DNA of 64,000 bases from Macrostomum lignano (Eukaryota): assembly GCA_002269645.1 (NCBI GenBank), contig NIVC01002057.1:62001-126000 (forward strand). Reading direction: 5' to 3'. Shown here in pieces: positions 51,896 through 64,000 of the stretch; position 1 is the stretch's first letter, and each line of letters opens with the position of its first letter. The translations under genes were made by a program, and so were the position numbers. The notes beneath the pieces are model-generated. The model was not told where the DNA came from, made no database searches, and saw only the letters and a program-made list of their open reading frames with translations.

Positions 51896-52563
51896 CTAAC
51901 CCTCGATTTCTTTAGAGTTTCGAACACTCTGTTTTCAAGTCGGAAGGGGATCCACAAAAGAACTCGACTTGCTTGAAAATTTTAACTGTTTTTATGAAGT
52001 TGTTTTGTATTTCTTGACCACTCTTTAGCAGGAACATGTACATGCACGAATGCATAAACAACTCGCTAAAAATGTACTTAATTTTCAAACTTATTGCTTT
52101 GAATCTACCGCTTGTGCCTCGTTTGTAAAAAACAATATAACCTTCTGCTTGTTGGCTAAACAGAATATAGATCAATAATCGGATTTCAATCCAGTTTTAC
52201 ACCATGCACAGTGTGTCTACTGACAGTAGCGCTTGCTGAATATTGCTAATAAAAAACGAAAAAGGCTGTAAAATTTTAAATTTATTGATCATATAAAATA
52301 GAATTTAAAAATATTTATATTTTTTGTTATTAAAAAATCACGTGATTTTTGATTAAAAGTACTGAAGTGATTACAAACAAAGACTAACAAGACACAAATT
52401 TACAGACTCACACAAAGGCGGAATTGCGATTTCAAAGTAGCAATAGACAAATAATTATAATAAATTTATCTAAACGCAATTTCAAATTAGCATAGAGTGT
52501 CAATCAATAAATCAGTTAAATAATCAATTAATTATACTATGAATTGTAATGGTTGAACAGGCG

Positions 52564-53474
52564 CTACACAGGCGAGTACATGCCGAGCTTGGTGTCAAAG
52601 TGCAGCCTCGCCGCTCTGTCCTCCTTGCTCTTGATCCTGCGGTGCGGTGTGTTCATTATCATCAGAGGGATTCTGCTGAGTGTGGAATTCTACCGAGTGT
52701 GGGATTCTGCCGAGTGTGTTATTCTGCTGAGTGTGGGATTCTGCTGAGTGTGGAATTCTACCGAGTGTGGGATTCTGCCGAGTGTGGGATACTACTGAGT
52801 GTGGGATTCTACCGAGTGTGTTATTCTGCTGAGTGTGGGATTCTGCTGAGTGTGGAATTCTACCGAGTGTGGGATTCTGCCGAGTGTGGGATACTACTGA
52901 GTGTGGGATTCTACCGAGTGTGTTATTCTGCTGAGTGTGGGATTCTGCTGAGTGTGGGATTCTGCTGAGTATGGGATTCTGCTGAGTGTGGGATTCTGCT
53001 GAGTGTGGGATTCTACCGAGTGTGGGATTCTGCTGAGTGTGGGATTCTGCTGAGTGTGGAATTCTACTGAGTGTGGGATTCTACTGAGTGTGGGATTCTA
53101 CTGAGTGTGTGATTCCGCTGAGTGTGGGATTCCGCTGAGTGTGGGATTCTACTGAGTGTGGGATTCTACCGAGTGTGGGATTCTGCTGAGTATGGGATTC
53201 TGCTGAGTGTGGGATTCTGCTGAGTATGGGATTCTGCTGAGTGTGGGATTCTAAAAGCAGTATTTTATAGCGAACTCACCGCATCTGCCTGTGCTTGACA
53301 ATCTCATTAACGGGCCCCAAGGCTAGCAGCCACAGGATCAGCGGCAGCCACACGTGAAGACCCAGCTCGGGCAGGCGGCTCCAAGCCGACCGCATCGACA
53401 TGTCCAGTGCTGCGATGGACAGGCCGACTGCCAGGCTGGTGGTGCGGGTAGGGTGTGGACTGGCTGAGGATACT

Positions 53475-53522
<48 letters not shown>

Positions 53523-53543
53523 CACAGACAGACAGACAGACAT

Positions 53544-53588
<45 letters not shown>

Positions 53589-53623
53589 AAGACAACCAGA
53601 CAGACAGACAAACAGACAGACAT

Positions 53624-53666
<43 letters not shown>

Positions 53667-53667
53667 T

Positions 53668-53708
<41 letters not shown>

Positions 53709-53743
53709 AATACAGACAGACAGACAGACAGACAGACAGAAAT

Positions 53744-53810
<67 letters not shown>

Positions 53811-53811
53811 T

Positions 53812-53858
<47 letters not shown>

Positions 53859-53895
53859 GTCAGACATACAGACAGACAGACAGACAGACAGAAAT

Positions 53896-53934
<39 letters not shown>

Positions 53935-53947
53935 TACAGACAGACAT

Positions 53948-54028
<81 letters not shown>

Positions 54029-54030
54029 AT

Positions 54031-54077
<47 letters not shown>

Positions 54078-54078
54078 T

Positions 54079-54153
<75 letters not shown>

Positions 54154-54162
54154 GTCAGACAT

Positions 54163-54201
<39 letters not shown>

Positions 54202-54246
54202 GGCAGGCAGACAGACAGACAGACAGACAGACAGACAGTCAGACAT

Positions 54247-54285
<39 letters not shown>

Positions 54286-57200
54286 GGCAGGCAGGCAGAC
54301 AGACAGACAGACAGACAGACAGGTCAAGTCCTGCTCACGTCGCAAACTGGCAGACAGCCCAAACTTTCAACCGACTGAAGCCTCCGATAGGCAGACGAAA
54401 CGGGCGCAGGTTCTCCGTGACGAACACCAACGAAGTGATCACTGCGGACGGGGTCAAGAGGGTGTAACGCAAATAAAAATCCCATATAAATCTCAAATTA
54501 CAACTTGAGTTAAAACAAAATAAAGTTGGCTTCAAAGCAGACTCACGGCAAGCCAGCACAATAAAGCAGAACAGCACGCCCTGAAACGCGGCCAGCAGCT
54601 GCTCATTATCCCGCTGTTGAGTCCACAAGGAATGCCCCAAACAAGCGGTGACATTTTCCATGCTCAGACTATGGTACTGATAGTAGGAGATTGCGGATTC
54701 GATCGGCACAGAGGCGCTCCAATTGCCGGTGCTGTCAGGAGCAGCAGACTGGTTGCCAAGCAGTGCGGCATCTCCGGCAGCCAGCTGGGAGCAGCGGGTG
54801 TACACGAATGCGACAAAGACCAGAGCTGCGACCACGGCTGAGGGCAGCGTCAGAGCCAGGTGCAGTGACAGGTAGCTGGGAGGCGGAGGGAAAGGGGGCG
54901 ATGGCTCAGTAATACAGACACTTAAAGTTTAGACACACTGAAAGCATACCAATCACCCTTATAGTGGACATTACACCCCAGACAGCTTTAATGACACACC
55001 AAGCCTCTAAATCACTTGAGACACCGGACACCTTACAGTATTCCTATTCGGACACTCCAGACGACTCTACTAGACACCCAAACACCCTACCAGACACCCA
55101 AACACCCTACTAGACACCTAAACACCCTACTAGACACCCAAACACCCTACCAGACACCTAAACACCCTACTAGAGACCCAAACACCCTACCAGACACCCA
55201 AACACCCTACCAGACACCCAAACACCCTACCAGACACCCAAACACCCTACCAGACACCCAAACATCTACTAGACACCCAAGCACCCTACCAGACACCCAA
55301 ACACCCTACTAGACACCCAAACACCCTACCAGACACCCAAACACCCTACCAGACACCCAAACATCTACTAGACACCCAAGCACCCTACCAGACACCCAAA
55401 CACCCTACTAGACACCCAAACACCCTACCAGACACCCAAACACCCTACCAGACACCCAAACACCCTACCAGACACCCAAACACCCTACCAGACACCCAAA
55501 CACCCTACCAGACACCAAAAAACCCTACCAGACACCCAAACACCCTACCAGACACCCAAACACCCTACCAGACACCCAAACACCCTACTAGACACCCAAA
55601 CACCCTACCAGACACCAAAAAACCCTACCAGACACCCAAACACCCTACCAGACACCCAAACATCTACTAGACACCCAAACACCCTACTAGAGACCCAAAC
55701 ACCCTACCAGACACCCAAACACCCTACCAGACACCCAAACACCCTACCAGACACCCAAACACCCTACCAGACACCCAAACACCCTACCAGACACCCAAAC
55801 ATCTACTAGACACCCAAACACCCTACTAGACACCCAAACACCCTACCAGACACCCAAACACCCTACCAGACACCTAAACACCCTACCAGACACCCCAAAA
55901 CCCACCGCGCAGTGAGCGCCTTCCTCCTCGGCAGGTCCCTCCTCCGAGCCGGCTGATTCAACGCCTTCAGCCGGTCCTCAGACTTGGCCACGGTGCCAAA
56001 GGCGGCCGCAGGCAGCAGCACAAAAGACAGGGCGGCGGTCTGCCCGGCGGACAGACAGGGCGGCAGCATGAGCAGGCCGCAGACCGCGTGCAGAGCCGAC
56101 AGCATCAGTGCCATAGACAAAAACGCTCTCAACGGTCGCTTGAGTCGCTCAACTGAGCAGCGGCAGTCGGCGATGAGGCCGGCGATGGCCAGGCGAGTTG
56201 GCGCGTAGCCGGCAGGCAGGCTGAGCAGCTTGGCAGCGACGAAGGCGGGACTGGGTTCGAGTCTGGACCCGACTGGCGGCGCCGGCTCGCTGCGACAAGT
56301 CGGCGGCAGCTGAGGCACCAGGGCGATCTGACGGTTCCACGGGCGGTGGTTAGGGGAGACTGTTGGGGAATGGCGGCTGAGTGCCTACTCGTGACCCAGG
56401 TTGACCTACTTGACTCAATATTGACCTACTTGACACAAAGTTGACCTACTCGACTCTAACGTTGACCTACTTTACTAAGCGTTGACCTACTTGATCTAAC
56501 GTGGACTTACTTGATCCAAAGTTGACCTACTCGAATCAATATTGACCTACTCGACCAAATATTGACCCACTTGACCAAATTTTTACTGACTTGACCCAGT
56601 TTTGACACAACTGACCCAACATTGACCGAATCGACTCAACATGACTCTACTTGACATAATTTTACATTGTTGACTAAATGTTGACCTACTTGACCCAACG
56701 ATGACCTACTTGATCAATCTTTACCTACTTGACCTAATTTTGACCTACTTGACCCAATTTTGGCCAACTTGACCTAATTTTGGCCTACTTGACCCAATCT
56801 TGACCTACTTGACCCAATTTTGACCTACTTGACCCGATTTTGACCTACTTGACCCAATTTTGACCTACTTGACCCAGTTTTGACCTACTTGACCCAGTTT
56901 TGACCTACTTGACCAAAAATTGACCACATTAGACTCTGTGCCGACCCATGTGCCCCAGACTCACGGCGGTGTCGGTAATCTTGGCCAGTCTACAGGACCT
57001 CAGACTCAAAGCCGAGTACAACAGCACTGAGCGCTCCCCGTACTGCCGCATGATGAGCAGCATCTCCGACACGGCGCCGATATCGCAGTCGGTAAACAGC
57101 GACACCTGCAACGGCACGTTGTCCACCTTCTGCAGGTGCGGCCGGATCTCGGCGATGCCGCGCGGCAGACGCGACTTGTTCTGATCGACGTACAACAGCT

Positions 57201-60200
57201 CGGACTCCTCCCTGGAGGCGTCCGCTCGCTGACCAGAGGCGGTGCTGCAGCCGGACTGCGCGTCGTCACGGCTGGACAAGCCGCTGCGGACTCCGGTCGC
57301 CTCTGCGTCGACATCATCGGAATCCGATTCTGAGCCGCCGCTGGAATCGGCGCTGCCGCCGTCGCCACCAGGTGTTTCCGCGGTGAACACCAGCTCGTCC
57401 GGTTCGCCTTTGAAGGTGACCCTGCTGGTGTCCGTGTTGATCAGGGCAGGTGCGCTGCCCCACTGGCTTAAGTTGGCCAGCGTGGCGCCCGACATTGTGG
57501 TCTGCGGGAGGTCGACGGCTTGTCGTGTGAGACAGATCCCATTGACCCAGATCCCGTTGACCCAGATTCCATTTACAGTACCCAGATCTATTGACCCATA
57601 TCCCATTGACTCAGATCGCATTGACCCAGATTCTATTGACTTAGATCTCATTGACCCAGATCCCATCGACCCAGATCTTATTGACCCAGAACCCATTGAC
57701 CATATCCCATTGACCATATCCCATTGACCATATCCCATCGACCCAGATCCCATGGACCCAGATCCTATTGACCCAGATCCCATTGGCTTAGATCCTATTG
57801 ACCCAGATCCCATGGACCCAGATCCCATGGACCCAGATCCTATTGACTCAGATCCCATTGATTCAGATCCTATTGACTCAGATCCCATCGATTCAGATCT
57901 CATTGACCCAGACACTGATCCCAATGACCCAAACACTGATCCCATTGACCCATACACTGATCCCACTGACCCAGACACTGATCCCATTGACCCAAACACT
58001 GATCCCATTGACCCAGACACTGATCCCATTGACCCAGACACTGATCGCATTGACCCAGACACTGATCCCATTGACCCAAACACTGATCCCATTGACCCAG
58101 ACACTGATACCATTGACCCAAACACTGATCCCATTGACCCAGACACTGATCCCATTGACTCAGACACTGATCCCATTGACCCAGACACTGATCCTATTGA
58201 CCCAGACACTGATCTCATTGACTCAGACACTGATCCCATTGACCCAGATCAGACCAACCCCACTGACCCAATCGCACGCATCCGACCAGACACCCTCAGC
58301 CAATGGAACCCAAGACTCACGGTCAGGCCTGCGGGCACCGGCTCCCTGTCCGCGGTCACTGTAGCCCTGCTGCCGCCGCACGAGTCGCTCCTCAGCGAGA
58401 TGTGACAGTTCCAGCCGGATTCGAGTCCCAGACGTTCAGCGAATCCTCTGCTACGCAGTTCGTTCTCCTCGCTAAAGTACACGAACCGGATGCAGCCCAG
58501 CTCCAGCTGGTCGATGAGCCTGACAACATCGGAGTTGGCCTGGAACTGGGAGGCCACCATTCCTAGAAACACCTGGCCGCTCTGCATGCTCAGACAGGTG
58601 TCTACGTCTGTCAGGGACAAATTGGACGATCGATGCAAAGTTGTCTCAGCGCTGAACGTCCTTGACAGAGGCGTGTTGAGCAGCATTGGCGTGGGCGGAT
58701 CCTCAGCCTCCTCTGAGCTCAGCCGGAACGGCGGCAATTCGACGCATCGATCGCCGCTGCCGCCTGCCGGCGACATCTTGTTGAGCACGGGCGTGTAAGC
58801 GAATGCGTCGCAATAGCTTGAGTAGCTGTGCCGGCTGTAGAAGTTGAGCAGGCGCTTGCGGTCCAGCTGGGTAAAGGGCGGGGAGCGGAGAGCCAGTTGG
58901 CTGCATTTGAGACTCCTGGGTTGAGTTTGAGTTCAGTTGAGCTCGAACGACTTCCTACAAAGCCCTAGGAAACCTACCAAACCTACCATGAACCCTAATA
59001 AACCTACCAAAAACCCTACCAAACCTACCATAAACCCTACCAAACCTACCATAAACCCTACTAAACCTACCATAAACCCTACCAAACCTACCATAAACCC
59101 TACCAAACCTACCAGAAACCCTACCAAACCTACCATAAACCCTACCAAACCTACCAGAAACCCTACTAAACCTACCATAAACCCTACCAAACCTACCAGA
59201 AACCCTACCAAACCTACCAGAAACCCTACCAGAATTACTACAAACCCTACCATAAACCCTACCAAACCTACCAGAAACCCTACCAGAATTACTACAAACC
59301 CTACTATAAACCCTACCCTACCAAACCTACCATAAACCCTACCCTACCAAACCTACCATAAACCCTACCAAACCTACCATAAACCCTACCAAACCTACCA
59401 TAAACCCTACCAAACCTACCAGAAACCCTACCAAACCTACCAGAAACCCTGCCAGAATTACTACAAACCCTACCATAAACCCTACCAAACCTACCAGAAA
59501 CCCTACCAAACCTACCATAAACCCTACCAGAATTACTACAAACCCTACCATAAAACCCTACCCTACCAAACCTACCATAAACCCTACCAAACCTACCAGA
59601 AACCCTACCAAACCTACCATGAACCCTAATAAACCTACCAAAAACCCTACCAAACCTACCATAAACCCTACCAAACCTACCATAAACCCTACTAAACCTA
59701 CCATAAACCCTACCAAACCTACCATAAACCCTACCAAACCTACCAGAAACCCTACCAAACCTACCATAAACCCTACCAAACCTACCAGAAACCCTACTAA
59801 ACCTACCATAAACCCTACCAAACCTACCAGAAACCCTACCAAACCTACCAGAAACCCTACCAGAATTACTACAAACCCTACCATAAACCCTACCAAACCT
59901 ACCAGAAACCCTACCAGAATTACTACAAACCCTACTATAAACCCTACCCTACCAAACCTACCATAAACCCTACCCTACCAAACCTACCATAAACCCTACC
60001 AAACCTACCATAAACCCTACCAAACCTACCATAAACCCTACCAAACCTACCAGAAACCCTACCAAACCTACCAGAAACCCTACCAGAATTACTACAAACC
60101 CTACCATAAACCCTACCAAACCTACCAGAAACCCTACCAAACCTACCATAAACCCTACCAGAATTACTACAAACCCTACCATAAAACCCTACCCTACCAA

Positions 60201-61644
60201 ACCTACCATAAACCCTACCAAACCTACCAGAAACCCTACCAAACCTACCATAAACCCTACTAAACCTACCATAAACCCTACCCTACCAAACCTACCATAA
60301 ACCCTACCAAACCTACCATAAACCCTACCAAACCTACCAGAAACCCTACTAAACCTACTATAAACCCTACCAAACCTACCAGAAACCCTACCAAACCTAC
60401 CAGAATTACTATAAACCCTATCATAAACCCTACCCTACCAAACCTACCATAAACCCTACTAAACCTACCATAAACCCTACCAAACCTACCATAAACCCTA
60501 CCAAACCTACCAGAAAGCCTACTAAACCTACCATAAACCCTACCAACCCTTGATTGAAACATAAAACCTACCAAACCTACTATAAACCCTACAAAACCTA
60601 CCATAACCCCTACAAAACCTACCATAAACCCTACCAAACCTACTATAAACCCTACGAAGCCTTGATGGAAACATAAAACCGACCATAAACACTACCAAAC
60701 CTACCATAAACCCTACTAAGCCTTGATTGAAACATAAAACCTACCATAAACCCTACCAAACCTACCATAAACCCTACCAAACCTACCATAAACCCTACCA
60801 AACCTACAAGAACAAATTTGACATGCTGGTAACCCTACTCAATCCACCAGAGCACACCCCAATGTACTTCAGTGAGCGCAGACACAGAGTTGCCATTCCA
60901 ATAGTCCGCACACAGCTCTGACACGAGCACATCAGCCGAGCCCTGCACAAAGTACTGCCCGCCCAGATGCCGCTGCTGCACAGCGCAGCCGAAGGTGTGC
61001 CCGACAGGTGCCTTCTGTCTGAGCGCGCTGAGCAGCCTCAAGAACTGGTCCTTGCCCTGGTCCTCCTTGCTGGCCTGAAATGTGCAATTGGCATACTAGA
61101 TTAATACGCTCGGGTGTGTGTCGGCACAGATACCCAAGTAGCGTAAAATCAATAAAGCAATCAACTGAACTAAATTATCAATCAATTGAATCATAAAATG
61201 TAAACTTAATTTACGATTTATCAATTGTATCTAATTTTTTAGTTCACCAATGGAATCAATGTAATGAGTCAATGAGTCAATCAAAGCAATCAGTCAATCG
61301 AATCAACCAATCATTCGATCAATCAATCCATTGAATTCATCAATCAATCAATAAATTGAATCAATTAATCAATCAATCAATCAATCAATCAATTAATCAA
61401 TCAATAAATCGAATTCAATTATTCAATCAATCAATGGAATAAATAAATAAATCAATCAATCAGTGGAATCCAATTAATCAATAGAATCAATCAATCAATC
61501 AATCGAATCCAATTAATCAATAGAATCAATCAATCAATCAATCAATCAATCCAATAAATCGAATTCAATCAATCAATCAATCAATCGAATCCAATTAATC
61601 AATAGAATCAATCAATCAATCAATCGAATCCAATTAATCAATAG

Positions 61645-61676
<32 letters not shown>

Positions 61677-63429
61677 CAATAAATCGAATCCAATTAATCA
61701 ATAGAATCAATCAATCAATCAATTAATCCAATAAATCGAATCCAATTAATCAATAGAATCAATCAATTAATCCAATAAATCGAATCCAATTAATCAATAG
61801 AATCAATCAATCAATCAATCAATCAATTAATGGAATCAATCAATCACTCAATCAATCCAATAAATCGAATTCAATTAATCAATCAATCAATTAATGGAAT
61901 AAAAAAATCAATCAATCAATAAATTGAATCAATTAATAAATAAATAAATCAATTAATCAATCCAATAAATCGAGTCCAATTAATCAATAGAATCAATCAA
62001 TCAATCAATCAATGGAATAAATAAATTAATCAATAGAATCAATCAATCAATCCAAAAATCAAGTTCAATCAATCAATCGATCAATCAATCAATCGATCAA
62101 TCAATCAATGGAATAAATCAATCAATCAATCAATCAATCACTGCACCCAAATCGCAAACTCAAACAGAGCATCGCTATGCCGCAGCCACCTGCTGATAGG
62201 TGCCCAGCGTGAACTGCAGGCTGAAGGGGTCCCGAGCCGCATCCTTGAAGCCGATCAGCCTCGCCAAGTCGCACAGGCAACGCCGCTTATTAACGCAAGC
62301 GCGCGGATCATCCGGCAGCGTGACGGCGGTCACGTGATGAGCGAAAGCGTCATAGCTGGGCCTGGCAGACGGGTGGCAGTTATTCAACAGAATGGCCAGA
62401 CCCAGCGGCTTCAATGATTTCAAAAACCGACGCCAATGCGGATCGTCAAAGTCCAGTCGGTAGGCAATCTTCGGGTCATGCGAAACGTCCAGGACGTGAA
62501 TATGCGCCTCCGTGTCCAGCAGGGCGCTGTTGGCCTCGGAGGTCTGCAAGCTCATGTCCGACTTCTTGCGCTGGGCGGGCGTGCTGCGGTGACGGTGCTT
62601 GCGGCGTAAGAAACAGACTTTGTCTGGCAGCGGGATGGGCAGGCTGAGGATGCCCTCCTGGAGACAGGCGAAGCGGTATGAGCAGTCAGATTGGCACTAT
62701 GAGCAGTCAAATTGGCACTATGAGCAGTCAGATTGTCACTATGAGCAGTCAGATTGTCACTATGAGCAGTCAAATTGTCACTATGAGCAGTCAAATTGTC
62801 ACTATGAGCAGTCAGATTGGCACTATGAACAGTCAGATTGGCACTATGAGTAGTTAAATTAGAAGTATGATCAGTCAAATTGGTATTATGAGCAGTCAAA
62901 TTGGCACTATGAGCAGTCAAATTGGTATTATGATCAGTCAAATTGGCACTATGAGCAGTCAAATTGGTATTATGATCAGTCAAATTGGCACTATGAGCAG
63001 TCAAATTGGTATTATGATCAGTCAAATTGGCACTATGAGCAGTCAAAGTCGCACCTTATCAGCGCAGCACAGCCTGGACATTGTGCCAAACGAGTGCACC
63101 AGCTTCCAGTCCACCTCCGCATTGTCAGTCAGCAGGTACATCAACTTCGCCAAGGCGTCTCGCCAGCCAGCAACGATTGAGGCAGCAGCGGTGGTGTCGC
63201 AGGTGTCCAGGTCCGACAGGGAGCCGATGGACTCCGTCAGGCTGTCCATCGATGGCGGCCTGTCTGGCTGGCGAAGCAGCTCGTCGCTAGCCAGAGAAGT
63301 TCGGTGCACGTGCACCAGAGCTTTGGCCAGCTCCCACAGGTTCAGGGCGTGCCACATTGGCGGGCAGGACAGCAGCAGGATGGGGAGGGTGGCCAGGCAG
63401 GGGAAGGCCAGCGCGTAGGCTGCTGACAC
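52564..63429 (-). CDS. TMEM94: Transmembrane protein 94 (KIAA0195/ERMA, P-type-ATPase-like ER Mg2+ transporter), 5'-partial; exons 63055-63429, 62190-62657, 60868-61074, 58321-58866, 56965-57501, 55906-56327, 54547-54875, 54339-54441, 53280-53435, 52564-52636 (1072 codons in window)
   Basis: LCCADK|[37 protein letters not shown]|[74 protein letters not shown] and the C-terminus [14 protein letters not shown] all match recalled TMEM94 motifs; phase-compatible GT-AG junctions. Confidence 0.93.
52670..53252 (+). repeat. 17-bp minisatellite (GAGTGTGGGATTCTGCT)n, last TMEM94 intron
   Basis: Directly visible. Confidence 0.95.
53475..54322 (+). repeat. (CAGA)n microsatellite, TMEM94 intron
   Basis: Directly visible. 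Confidence 0.98.
55060..55900 (+). repeat. 20-bp minisatellite (ACACCCAAACACCCTACCAG)n, TMEM94 intron
   Basis: Directly visible. Confidence 0.96.
56400..56925 (+). repeat. Degenerate 20-bp minisatellite (TTGACCTACTTGACCCAATT)n, TMEM94 intron
   Basis: Directly visible. Confidence 0.9.
57532..58270 (+). repeat. 15-bp (CCCATTGACCCAGAT)n and 21-bp (GATCCCATTGACCCAGACACT)n arrays, TMEM94 intron
   Basis: Directly visible. Confidence 0.93.
58960..60805 (+). repeat. 21-bp minisatellite (ACCCTACCAAACCTACCATAA)n with internal block duplication, TMEM94 intron
   Basis: Directly visible; near-identical blocks ~631 bp apart (ORFs ending at 59335 and 59966). Confidence 0.95.
61255..62140 (+). repeat. Degenerate (AATC)n microsatellite, TMEM94 intron
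   Basis: Directly visible. Confidence 0.93.
62678..63045 (+). repeat. 21-bp minisatellite (GAGCAGTCAAATTGGCACTAT)n occupying nearly the whole intron 62658-63054
   Basis: Directly visible. Confidence 0.95.
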
Positions 63430-63759
63430 CTAAAAGTGCAGAGTAAAAGTGCAGAGCTTTAATAATTTGTCTGCGTCATTTCAACTGGGAGTACCCTGGT
63501 GTAAAGCACATTTACCTTCACCCTGAAGTACACCAACTAGAGTACATCGAAGTTAAATTAAAGAGACAAAGTCAAAAGTACATCCAGACTACAGTAGTGC
63601 ATCTAGAATAAAGTGCAGCTACACAGAAGTACATGTACACTTGAGTGCATCTGTACTACTAAGTACACCTATCATAAGTGGATGTCCATTAAAGTACGCT
63701 TTTACACAATATAAAGCACAAATATCACGAATATATTTTTGAACGAATGTACACATGCC

Positions 63760-63985
63760 GTAAAAGTACTTTTACAGTAAAGTACAAAACCCATAAAAGT
63801 ACTTTTACAGTAAAGTAAAAAACCTGAAAGTACTTTTGCAGAAAAGTACGAAACCTAAAAGTACTTTTGCAGTAAAGTACACGTCCCTTAAAAGTGCTTT
63901 TCATCTAAAGTACGCACCGCCTAAGAGTACTTTTACACTATAGTAAAAATCCCCTAAAGTACTTTTAGATGCACTAAAGTACACA
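63760..63985 (+). repeat. Degenerate ~30-bp AAAGTAC-cored repeat, TMEM94 upstream intron
   Basis: Directly visible. Confidence 0.7.
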
Positions 63986-64000
63986 TATCCTATATACTAA

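Noticed and set aside
52553-52747. Short + strand ORF with a signal-peptide-like stretch
   Set aside because: It is the antisense of the TMEM94 terminal exon (52564-52636)
53276-54467. QTDR and CLSV repeat ORFs fused to hydrophobic tails
   Set aside because: (CAGA)n intron read-through into real TMEM94 exons
56929-58405. 436-aa GS-rich ORF and DP-rich ORF suggesting an adhesive or collagen-like protein
   Set aside because: The repeat part is intronic; only 56965-57501 is a TMEM94 exon, bounded by good splice sites
58960-60805. Telomere-like AAACCCT motifs
   Set aside because: Part of a 21-bp unit, not (TTAGGG)n or (TTTAGGG)n; flanked by in-phase TMEM94 exons

Overview
Eukaryotic (animal) genomic DNA with spliceosomal introns and very dense minisatellites. 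The style suggests a free-living flatworm such as Macrostomum, but that is inference only. Exons were stitched by hand using GT/GC-AG junctions, phase compatibility and family motifs. Eight protein-coding loci are supported: (1) the 5' end of a class A GPCR (minus strand, runs off the window); (2) a 13-exon AMPA/kainate-type ionotropic glutamate receptor (minus, one +1 frameshift as assembled); (3,4) two tandem, recently homogenised copies of a puromycin-sensitive-aminopeptidase-like M1 peptidase with a signal-peptide-like N-terminus and a GC-AG intron (copy 2 carries three 1-bp deletions); (5) an EF-hand rhomboid protease; (6) a DUF21/CBS CNNM-type metal transporter; (7) a divergent GT31-like glycosyltransferase; (8) the 3' ~1070 codons of TMEM94 (minus, runs off the window). 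Between the peptidase copies lies a truncated Crypton-like ORF bracketed by direct and inverted repeats, plus mariner and hAT terminus remnants. Most long introns are filled by their own tandem array, and most long ORFs in the supplied track are spurious translations of these arrays. The best leads are the mosaic divergence of the peptidase pair, the Crypton cassette architecture and the splice-site-like repeat units filling the rhomboid introns. I see no firm evidence of a wholly new system; these are candidates to test.
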